Assembly (NCBI GenBank): GCA_964534375.1
Contig: CAZHPN010000053.1
Coordinates: 1 to 33,136, forward strand
DNA: 33,136 nt
Direction: 5' to 3'
Source: an uncultured bacterium
GTDB lineage: Bacteria > Lernaellota > Lernaellaia > Lernaellales > Lernaellaceae
Of this stretch, positions 25,925-33,136 are shown in pieces. Positions within the stretch are counted from its first letter, which is position 1. Each line of letters starts with the position of its first letter. Under the pieces are notes generated by a model, which ran no database searches, was not told the origin of the DNA, and was given only the letters and a program-made list of their open reading frames with translations. The position numbers and the translations under genes were made by a program.

Positions 25925-26995
25925 CTAGCCGCCGTAGTTGAGGATCGTGCCGTTGGCGCCGACGGCAAACACATCGGTCGGCGCGGCGGCCCACACTCCG
26001 CCCAAGCCCTGCGGCGTGCCGCTGTCCATCTGCGACCATGACGCGCCGTTGTACTGGGCGATGTAGCCGCTGTTGCCCGTAATGTACACTTCGCTGGCGG
26101 AAACTCCCCACACGCCGCCCAGCGTATTGCTGGGCGTGGTGTCCACCGTGCTCCAGGTTGTGCCATTGTAATATGCGACCTGCGCACTGCCCACGCCGTT
26201 GGCCACCGCGTACACTTCCGAGGGCGAGGCGCACCAGACGCCGGCAAACAGCACCTGCGAGAGCCCGCTGTTGACGGTGGACCAACTCGTGCCGTCGTAG
26301 TGCAGAATCGTGCTGGAGCCGCCCACCGCATACACGTCGGACGCCGAGGTCCCGTAGACGGCGGCCAGTTCCGCCGGGGCGCCGGCTTCGATGCTCATCG
26401 CCGACCACGATGTTCCTTCAAAGTGCAGGATGCCGCCCTGCTTGGGGTTGTTGGCTTCTTCGCCCACGGCAAACACGTCGGTTGCTGAACTGCCCCAAAT
26501 GCCGAACGTCAGCAACGCCGCCGTGCCCGTCATTTGCGACCAGCTTGCGCCGTTGTAATTCAAGATTATGCCCGCCTGCGTGGTCGCGTCGCCGCCGCCC
26601 GCGAAGACATCCAGCGAGTCGTCCTCCCACACCGCACGCAACGGCAGCGTCGTGGTGCTGGGCTCCGTTGTCCACTTCGTGTTGGCGCCTTGATAATGCA
26701 GGATTGTGCCGCTGTCGCCGACGGCGTACACGTCCGTCGTCGAATTTCCCGCGACGCCGTACATATTGACGGTCACGCCGCTGTTCTCCGACGTCCACGC
26801 GTCGTCGTTGTCGTCGTTGTCGTCGTTGTCGTCGTCGTCGACCGAGCTGTCGTCGTCGTCATCCGGCGCGGCGCTGTCGTCGTCCCCCTGGCGCGACGGC
26901 GTGACGCTGGCGGTACTGCCGCCGCAGGCGATCGCCCAAGCGGCCAAGACCATCGTCACGAGAACCAACAAAAGACCCCAACTGCGGCGTGTCAT
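25925..26995 (-). CDS. Lipoprotein with poly-Asp linker and 7-repeat WGSS beta-propeller domain
   Basis: ATG 26995 with GGAGG RBS (MTRRSWGLLL...AWAIAC-GG); 7 repeats. Confidence 0.86.
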   Translation of the reverse strand: MTRRSWGLLLVLVTMVLAAWAIACGGSTASVTPSRQGDDDSAAPDDDDDSSVDDDDNDDNDDNDDAWTSENSGVTVNMYGVAGNSTTDVYAVGDSGTILHYQGANTKWTTEPSTTTLPLRAVWEDDSLDVFAGGGDATTQAGIILNYNGASWSQMTGTAALLTFGIWGSSATDVFAVGEEANNPKQGGILHFEGTSWSAMSIEAGAPAELAAVYGTSASDVYAVGGSSTILHYDGTSWSTVNSGLSQVLFAGVWCASPSEVYAVANGVGSAQVAYYNGTTWSTVDTTPSNTLGGVWGVSASEVYITGNSGYIAQYNGASWSQMDSGTPQGLGGVWAAAPTDVFAVGANGTILNYGG

Positions 26996-27092
26996 TGCGA
27001 TCCCTCCGTTGCCCGTCCCCGCCCGAATTTCACGCGAATATTCCGGAAGGGCGGATGTTGCGCGAAACACAAAAATCCAGTCTTGAGTCAGC

Positions 27093-27120
27093 AATATACG
27101 GATTTTCCGGGAAAAGACAA
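27093..27120 (-). promoter_or_regulatory. Putative sigma70 promoter (TTGTCT-N16-TATATT)
   Basis: AT-rich patch about 100 nt upstream of 26995. Confidence 0.4.
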
Positions 27121-27141
27121 TCGAACAACCGGCGCGCCAAA

Positions 27142-27262
27142 CCGAATGCGGAATGCCGAATGCGGAATGCGGAATTTCGGACCCGGCCAATGCGGAATGC
27201 GGAATGCGGAATGCAGACCGGCCGGAAATTCCGCATTCGCCACTCGCCATTCGCCATTTGGC
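27142..27262. repeat. Heptamer array in two opposed orientations (GCGGAAT x about 8, then ATTCCGC/ATTCGCC x about 5)
   Basis: Directly visible; the opposed arms can base-pair. Confidence 0.85.
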
Positions 27263-27280
27263 CCGAATCCCGCCGCCGAC

Positions 27281-28096
27281 CTACGCGCCCTTGCGGACTC
27301 GCCCGACGACGGCGCAGACGAAGAAGCCGACGATCGCCGTGAGCACGATCGCCGCCCCGGCGGCGATCTCGAATTGGAACGACACGTACAGGCCGATCAC
27401 GCTCGACGCCAGGCCCAGGCCGACCGCCAGCCAGAACGCGCCGCGCATGCTCACCGCGGACATGCGGGCCGCGGCGGCCGGGGCAAGCACGAGCGCCGTC
27501 GCCAGCAGCGCGCCCACGAACCGCACCGAGGCCGCGACGAGCACCGCCAACAGCAGCGCGAAAACCAGTTCCAGCCGCCGCACCGGAATCCGTTCGGCGC
27601 GCGCCAGCGTCTCGGAAAGGCCGGCCAGCGCCAGGCGATTGCCGAACAAGCCGAGAAACAGGAACGCCCCGGCACACAGCGCGGCCGCGACGCCGGCCTC
27701 CTGCCGCGTCACGGCCAGCACGTCGCCGAACAAATATTGGGTGAAGTTCGCCGTCTGCCGCGTGATGCTCACCAGCGCCAGGCCGAGCGCGACTGACGCC
27801 GAGAGGAACACGCCGACCACCGCGTCCGGCGGCATCTTGCCCTTCGCCTTGAACCAGACGATCGCCGCCGCGACGGCCAGCGCGAAGCCGATCAGCGTGG
27901 CCATCGGCGAAATGCCCAGCGCCAGGCCGAGTGCGACCCCGGTGAAGGCGCTGTGCGCGATCGCGTCGGAAAAATACGACAGCCGCGCCTGCACGACGTG
28001 CGCGCCCATCGCCGCGCAGGCCGGCGCGAGCGCGACCAGCGCGACCAAGGCGCGGCGCATGAAGGCCGGTTCGAGCCACGCGGTCAGCGCGTCCAT
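27281..28096 (-). CDS. znuB: Metal (Zn/Mn-type) ABC transporter permease
   Basis: FMRRAL, SYFSDAIAHSAFTGVALG, YLFGDVLAV, VGALL..AL..APAAAAR. Confidence 0.88.
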   Translation of the reverse strand: MDALTAWLEPAFMRRALVALVALAPACAAMGAHVVQARLSYFSDAIAHSAFTGVALGLALGISPMATLIGFALAVAAAIVWFKAKGKMPPDAVVGVFLSASVALGLALVSITRQTANFTQYLFGDVLAVTRQEAGVAAALCAGAFLFLGLFGNRLALAGLSETLARAERIPVRRLELVFALLLAVLVAASVRFVGALLATALVLAPAAAARMSAVSMRGAFWLAVGLGLASSVIGLYVSFQFEIAAGAAIVLTAIVGFFVCAVVGRVRKGA

Positions 28097-28098
28097 GT

Positions 28099-28899
28099 TC
28101 AATCCTGGTGCAGGTGCAGGTGCGGTTTCTCTTCGTCGCAATCGTCGCAATGCGCCGGCTCCTGGCCGATCGCCATCAACCCGTAGAGCGCCGTCACCGT
28201 CTCGGCCGTCAGCACCGCCGCCGGCGGGCCTTCGAGCAGCACGCGCCGGCGCAGCGCAATGACGTAATCGGCGTGCCGCGCGACCGCCGACAGGTCGTGC
28301 GACACCCACAGCACTGTGACCGAGCGCTCGGCCGACAAGCGGTCGAGCAGGTCGCAGAAGACTTCCTCGCCCTGCGCGTCCATGCCCGCCGCGGGCTCGT
28401 CGAGCAGCAGGATGTCGGGGTCGTTGCGCAGCGCGGCGGCGAGCAGCACGCGTTTGAGTTCGCCGCCGGAGAGCACGCCGATCGGCCGGCGCGCCAGGCG
28501 GCCGGCGTTGGTCATTTCCAGCGCGCGCATCGCCCGCACGACGTTGTCCTTGCGGCGGCCGAGCCACAACGGCCGGCGCTGATCGGCGAGGCAAAGAAAA
28601 TCCAGCACCGTCACCGGCGCGTCGGCGTCGAACGACAGCTTCTGCGGCGCCAGGCCGAACAGCGGCTCGTGCCGGCCGTTCTTGTAATGATCGTGGTAGA
28701 CGATCTCGCCGGTGTACGGCACGAGTTGGAGCAGCGCCAAAAGCAGGGTCGATTTCCCGGCGCCGTTCGGGCCGACCAGCGCCGTCACGCCCTGGCACGG
28801 AATCTTCAGATTCACCTTGTCCAGCACCGTCTGCGCGCCGAATCGAACCGTCACGTCGCGCAGTTCCACCGCGGGCGAATGATCGTGAACGACGGTCAT
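28099..28899 (-). CDS. znuC: Metal ABC transporter ATP-binding protein with His/Cys-rich tail
   Basis: GPNGAGKST, LSGGELKRVLLA, LLLDEP, VSHDL; C-terminus HCDDCDEEKPHLHLHQD. Confidence 0.9.
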   Translation of the reverse strand: MTVVHDHSPAVELRDVTVRFGAQTVLDKVNLKIPCQGVTALVGPNGAGKSTLLLALLQLVPYTGEIVYHDHYKNGRHEPLFGLAPQKLSFDADAPVTVLDFLCLADQRRPLWLGRRKDNVVRAMRALEMTNAGRLARRPIGVLSGGELKRVLLAAALRNDPDILLLDEPAAGMDAQGEEVFCDLLDRLSAERSVTVLWVSHDLSAVARHADYVIALRRRVLLEGPPAAVLTAETVTALYGLMAIGQEPAHCDDCDEEKPHLHLHQD

Positions 28900-29837
28900 G
28901 GCGCGTTTCCTTTCGCGAGGGCGTTCGCCACCGTCCGCGTCATCAGCGTCAGGTCGTCGACGAACGCCTGCGGGCCCGTCGGCCCGGACATGCCGACCTC
29001 GACCGTGGCGACGGGCACGCCGATTTCCTCGGCGAACATGCGCGGCGTGCGCGGATCCACCTGCAGATCGGCGAGAATCGCCGCCGGCTTCTGCGCCTTG
29101 AGCCGCGCCATGATCGCCGCGACCTCGCCGGCGCTCAGGCCGTGGTGCTCGTCGTTGGTCAGCGCCGGCCCCGTTTCCAGGCCGGCGTCGCGCACGAGAT
29201 AGGCGAAGGTCGTCGTCGCCATCGCCACGCGCTTGTTCGGCAGCGCCTGCACCGCCTTCGCGAATTCGTCCTGGATGGCTTGCAGCTTCGTCGCCGCCGC
29301 GATGCCGTTTTCGAGGTAGCGCGCGGCGTGCGGCGGATCGAGCTGCGCCAGCGCCTCGGCCAGCGTCAGGGCCATCGCCGCGGCCTGCTTCGGGCTGACG
29401 AACGGATGCGGCTCCCGGTCGCCGGCAATGCGTTCGACGTTCTTATCGAGGCGCACGATCGTCAGCCGGCCGCGATAGTTGTCGGCGAGCTTGTCGAGGA
29501 ACGGCTCGTAGCCGGCGCCGACGGCGATCAACGCCTTGGCGTTTTCGAGCGCTTTCAAATCGCCCGGCTCCAATTGGTAGTCGTGCGGGCAGCCGGCGGC
29601 GATCGGCACGAGTTGGCGCACATGCACGCCGGGCACGCCGGCGGCGATCGCCAGCGTCAGGTTCTGCATCGGCAGGATCGTCGCCATCAGGTTCAGCGCG
29701 CCGGGGTCGGCCGGCGGCGCGGCGGGGCGTTTGTCGCAGGCCGGCGCGGCGAGCATCGCGCAGGCCAGCAAAACGGCCGTCAACAGCATCCGCGGCATCA
29801 CGAGACGAGTCCCCCTCCGGCCGCGAAATGTAATCAT
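28896..29837 (-). CDS. Metal ABC transporter substrate-binding lipoprotein (ZnuA/TroA-like)
   Basis: CPHDYQL.PGD, G.GYEPFL, EPHPFVSP, FAYL; lipobox-like APAC. Start uncertain (ATG 29837 or the downstream MPRM). Confidence 0.85.
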   Translation of the reverse strand: MITFRGRRGTRLVMPRMLLTAVLLACAMLAAPACDKRPAAPPADPGALNLMATILPMQNLTLAIAAGVPGVHVRQLVPIAAGCPHDYQLEPGDLKALENAKALIAVGAGYEPFLDKLADNYRGRLTIVRLDKNVERIAGDREPHPFVSPKQAAAMALTLAEALAQLDPPHAARYLENGIAAATKLQAIQDEFAKAVQALPNKRVAMATTTFAYLVRDAGLETGPALTNDEHHGLSAGEVAAIMARLKAQKPAAILADLQVDPRTPRMFAEEIGVPVATVEVGMSGPTGPQAFVDDLTLMTRTVANALAKGNAP

Positions 29838-30803
29838 CTACTTTTCTTCCGTTTTCTTCTCGATCAAATTGACATCGACGCGCGGCTTCTGGCCAGGCGC
29901 CAGCAGAACCAGCTTCGCGCGCGCCAGCACCTTGGCGATCGTATCCATGTAAAGGGCCGTGACGGTGAGCTTCGGCGTGATCTTTTTCTCCGCCAGTACG
30001 GACTCGAAGCGTTCCGCCGCGCCCTCGGCTTGCTGCGTGCGGGCGGAGGCCGTCGCGCTCGCCTCCTGCAACCGCTTGCCCGCCTCGCCGCGCGCGAGGT
30101 TGATCGACTTTTCCCGATTGCTCTGCGCCGTGTTGATCGCCCGCGCCGCCTCGGCCTTGGCGTCGCTCACTTTCAGAAACGCCTCGGCGGCGCCTTTGGG
30201 CGGGGTCACGGATTGCAGGTTCACCGCCATCAGCGTGACGCCGGCGCGGTAGCCGTTCAGCATTTCCTGCGCCGCCTTGCGGACGTCGTTCTGGATCTGC
30301 GCCTTGCCGGTCGTCAGCACGTCGTCGACGTGCATCCGCGCAACGGAATCGACCATCGCGGCGCGCACGCTCAATTTGAGGAGATCCTCCGGCTTCTCGG
30401 CGCCGTACAGATAATCGGCCAGGCGCGTGATCTTGTACTGCACGACGGCGACGGCGTCGATCAGGTTTTCGTCGCCGGTCATCAGGGCGATTTCCTTGTT
30501 CACGTCGCCGGCGATTTCGATCCGGCGCACCTCGCCCGTGCGCACCTTCGTCACGGCGTCGACGCCGCTGGGCAGCCGCAGGTGCAGCCCCGACACGATA
30601 TTGTCGTCGACGAGGCGCCCGAAGCGCAGCAGCACCGCCGACTCTTGCACGCCCACCGCGTAGACGCCGCCGGCCAACCACAGCGCCGCCGCCGCGACGC
30701 CGGCGGCCAGCGCGCAGGCCGCCGTGTGGCTGCGCACGTACGCCGCCGCGGCGCGGATGATGCGCACGCTCGGCGGATCGAGGCGGGGCGCGTTACTCGC
30801 CAT
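29838..30803 (-). CDS. hflK: HflK-like SPFH domain protein
   Basis: N-terminal TM, RFGR, GLHLRLP, LMTGDENLI, VDDVLT.GK, PP..A..AF..V, A.GAAERF. Confidence 0.8.
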   Translation of the reverse strand: MASNAPRLDPPSVRIIRAAAAYVRSHTAACALAAGVAAAALWLAGGVYAVGVQESAVLLRFGRLVDDNIVSGLHLRLPSGVDAVTKVRTGEVRRIEIAGDVNKEIALMTGDENLIDAVAVVQYKITRLADYLYGAEKPEDLLKLSVRAAMVDSVARMHVDDVLTTGKAQIQNDVRKAAQEMLNGYRAGVTLMAVNLQSVTPPKGAAEAFLKVSDAKAEAARAINTAQSNREKSINLARGEAGKRLQEASATASARTQQAEGAAERFESVLAEKKITPKLTVTALYMDTIAKVLARAKLVLLAPGQKPRVDVNLIEKKTEEK

Positions 30804-31671
30804 TGAGCGCCTTCAGCAGCTTCGAATTGCCGTCGATGAAAATAGTCGTCTTCTGGTCGATGATCGTCTCGTAGCTCTGCAACGTGCGCAGAAACTTGTA
30901 AAACTCCGGGTCTTTGCCGTACGCCGCGGCGAAGGTCTCGATCGCCTGCGCTTCGCCCGCGCCGCGGATCGATTCGGCCTTCGAAGCGGCCTCGGACAAA
31001 ATCTTGCTCTTCTCGGCCTCCGCCTGGGCCTCGATCTTGAGCGCCTCTTCCTCGCCCTCGCTGCGGTACTTGGTGGCGATGCGGTTGCGCTCGGCCCGCA
31101 TGCGCGCGATGACGCTCGACCGGTTCTGCGGCGGCAGATTCAGGCCGCTGATCTGCAAGTCGACGACCTCGATGCCGAACGAGCGGCCGACGATTTCATT
31201 GACCGCGGCGGCGACGCGTTTGGCGATTTCCCGCACTTTGATCTGGCCCTCGGTCGTGCTGATGAAACTTTCCATCGGCTCGTTGCCGACCGCGGCGCCC
31301 AGTTCCGACGAGGAAACATCGAGCAGCCGCGCCTCGGCCTCGTTGCGCGTCTTCACCGTTTGCGCGAACCGCAGCGGGTCGGCGATTTTCCAGCACAGGA
31401 AGCTCTCGACGAGCACGTTCTTTTTGTCCTGCGTCAGCATTTCCGTCGGCACGTTGTCGAAAACGAGCAGCCGCGAATCCATCGCCACCACCGAGTCGAT
31501 CGGCCAGAACAGCTTGAGGTGCAGGCCCGCCGTCGCGACGCCCGGCAGCGGCCGGCCGAAGCGCGTCACGATCGCGCGCTGCGTCTCGTCGATCGTGAAG
31601 AAGGCGGTCGAGAGCCAGAGCAAACCGACGAGGCCGGCGAGCAGCCAGAGCAGTTTTTTGGTCAGCGTCAT
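30793..31671 (-). CDS. hflC: HflC-like SPFH domain protein
   Basis: TRFGRP, LTQDKKNVLV, WKIADPLRF, RMRAER...A..YRSEGEEEA, AYGKDPEFYKFLRTLQSY; ATG 31671 overlaps the upstream stop. Confidence 0.88.
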   Translation of the reverse strand: MTLTKKLLWLLAGLVGLLWLSTAFFTIDETQRAIVTRFGRPLPGVATAGLHLKLFWPIDSVVAMDSRLLVFDNVPTEMLTQDKKNVLVESFLCWKIADPLRFAQTVKTRNEAEARLLDVSSSELGAAVGNEPMESFISTTEGQIKVREIAKRVAAAVNEIVGRSFGIEVVDLQISGLNLPPQNRSSVIARMRAERNRIATKYRSEGEEEALKIEAQAEAEKSKILSEAASKAESIRGAGEAQAIETFAAAYGKDPEFYKFLRTLQSYETIIDQKTTIFIDGNSKLLKALNGE

Positions 31672-33136
31672 TTTTTCGGCGCTCCCGTGGGAAGGGTTTG
31701 TGACTGCGACGAGCCGATGGCCGACGTCGGCGCCGCCGCGGTCGGCGGCGGCGGCGCGGCGGCGGAGAAGAGCGACGGCGCGTCGCGCCAGAAGATGACG
31801 TCGCGCCCCGCGGTTCCGCCGGGGACGATGAATTTTTCGCGGCCGGGCAGCACGCGCTCGGCCATTTCGAGCCATAGCAAATAACCCAGCAGGTTGGCGT
31901 GGCCGGCGAACGCCTGCGCCTGCGCGAGAAACGCCTCCGATTTGCCGGCGGCGATGGTCGCCGCCGTGTCCGCCGCGGCTTGCGCCCGCGCGACGTCGAG
32001 CGTCGCCTGGCCGCGCGCCTTCGGCGTCTCGCGCGCCAGCGTTTCGTACGCCTGATGGATGCGCGTCTCGCGGTCCTCGCGCGCGCTGGAGGCGTCGCGG
32101 AAGGCGAACACCGCGTCCTGCGGCGGGTGAATGTCGACCAGGTGGACCGTGCCGATGCGCACGCCCGCGCCGATTTCGTCGAGATGTTGCTGCAAATCGC
32201 GGGCGATGAACTGCTCCAGCTTGCTGCGGTCGTGCGTCAGCAGGTCGTCGAGCGTGCTCTTGGCGATGAATTCGCGCGCCGCGGCCTGGGCGTAGCGCGA
32301 CACGACGTTCGCGTCCTTGCCGACGCGATAAAAGAACGCATACGGATCGGACAGGCCGTAATGCACCGTAAAGCTGGCGTTGACGAGGTTCTCGTCGCCG
32401 GTGAGATATGACGTTTCGGTTTTTTGCGCGCTCATCGCCGCCACCGGGCTATGCCATTGCTCCGGGTTGACGTTCTTCATGATCTCGCGGCGCTGCGCGA
32501 GCTGCGTCAGGTCCGTGTTGAAGCCGATGTCGTTCTTGCGCGGATACAGGGTCCGCCAGACGTCGCGCCGGCCGAGCGGCCGCGGAATCCAGTAGTGCAA
32601 GCCCGGCGGCAGCGCGGCCCCGAGGCGTCGGCCGCAGAAGAATTCGTAACCCGCCGAGTCGGGCGGCACGATGAAGAATCCGGAGCCCAGGTACAGCGCC
32701 GCGGCCACGGCGAACGACGCCCAGACTCGGCGCGTGCGCCGGACGCGTGCGACCGCCGGTTCGACGGCGCGGCGCCCGAGCAACTCGCGATAGTTCGCGA
32801 GCAGATCGCGCACGCCTTCCCGCGCCGCGCCTTTGAAAAGCCGCCAGACGAGCAGCACGGAGAGGATGCCCATCGAGACCCATTGCAGCGCGCCGACCAA
32901 CCCGTAGGTCTTGGCCGACAGCGAGGCGGCGACGCGCAGGCCCGTCGCACCGAGGAAATAGTCGAGCAGCAAGCCCGAGAGCAGCGAGCCGATCGCTACG
33001 CTGAACAGGTAGATGCGCACGAAGCCGCGCCCGAAATTGCGCGTCAAAAGCAGCATCGTCGCCGGGTTCGTCGCCGGGCCGGAGAGCAGAAAGACCATCG
33101 CCGCGCCCGGGCTGACGCCCTTGAGCACCAGCGCCG
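31668..33136 (-). CDS. Fusion protein, 5'-partial: COG0701/SO_0444-type permease C-terminal part + TM + HflK-like SPFH domain + Pro-rich tail
   Basis: LKGVSPGAAMVFLLSGPATN is the signature of the SO_0444/DUF318 permeases; in the same frame follow PGLHYWIP, YLTGDENLV, DIHPP..AV.AFRDA.SAREDR (HflK-like). The frame runs off the window end. Confidence 0.82.
   Translation of the reverse strand, partial: ALVLKGVSPGAAMVFLLSGPATNPATMLLLTRNFGRGFVRIYLFSVAIGSLLSGLLLDYFLGATGLRVAASLSAKTYGLVGALQWVSMGILSVLLVWRLFKGAAREGVRDLLANYRELLGRRAVEPAVARVRRTRRVWASFAVAAALYLGSGFFIVPPDSAGYEFFCGRRLGAALPPGLHYWIPRPLGRRDVWRTLYPRKNDIGFNTDLTQLAQRREIMKNVNPEQWHSPVAAMSAQKTETSYLTGDENLVNASFTVHYGLSDPYAFFYRVGKDANVVSRYAQAAAREFIAKSTLDDLLTHDRSKLEQFIARDLQQHLDEIGAGVRIGTVHLVDIHPPQDAVFAFRDASSAREDRETRIHQAYETLARETPKARGQATLDVARAQAAADTAATIAAGKSEAFLAQAQAFAGHANLLGYLLWLEMAERVLPGREKFIVPGGTAGRDVIFWRDAPSLFSAAAPPPPTAAAPTSAIGSSQSQTLPTGAPKK

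Noticed and set aside
26960..26995. Tat signal in MTRRSWGLL
   Set aside because: Lacks the consensus Phe; paralogs have ordinary basic n-regions with a lipobox, so Sec/SPII is more likely.
27142..27262. Possible CRISPR array (also 13073, 17342)
   Set aside because: Contiguous 7-bp units with no unique spacers, and no cas genes.

Overview
High-GC bacterial window dominated by cell-envelope and secreted proteins. Seven genes encode a W-G-S-S-x-x-D-V-F-A-V-G...I-L-H-Y-D-G-S-x-W repeat domain. Every domain has exactly seven repeats (predicted 7-bladed beta-propeller; eight domains in total, because the first gene has two), and in the six complete genes it follows a lipoprotein signal peptide and a poly-Asp linker. 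The same acidic linker occurs in a clostripain-family (C11) lipoprotein, in a tiny 104-aa lipoprotein, and in mirror orientation in a subtilisin-family (S8) protease that ends in a bare GCGC. Interspersed are two GT-C-like membrane glycosyltransferases (YfhO-like and DDAFI-motif), a GH32-like hydrolase with a ROK fructokinase, a shortened DUF169 gene, an orphan sigma54 response regulator, and a TldD/PmbA pair in which TldD carries a twin-arginine signal. At the right end is a tightly coupled operon: COG0701/SO_0444-type permease fused to an HflK-like SPFH domain, then hflC, an hflK-like gene and a ZnuABC-type metal ABC transporter. Intergenic gaps hold heptamer tandem repeats and REP-like palindromes. 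No rRNA, tRNA, CRISPR, transposase or integrase was seen. The best candidates for undescribed systems are the poly-Asp/Cys surface-display family, the permease-SPFH-metal ABC operon and the Tat-exported TldDE. All family assignments come from motif recognition, not database searches.
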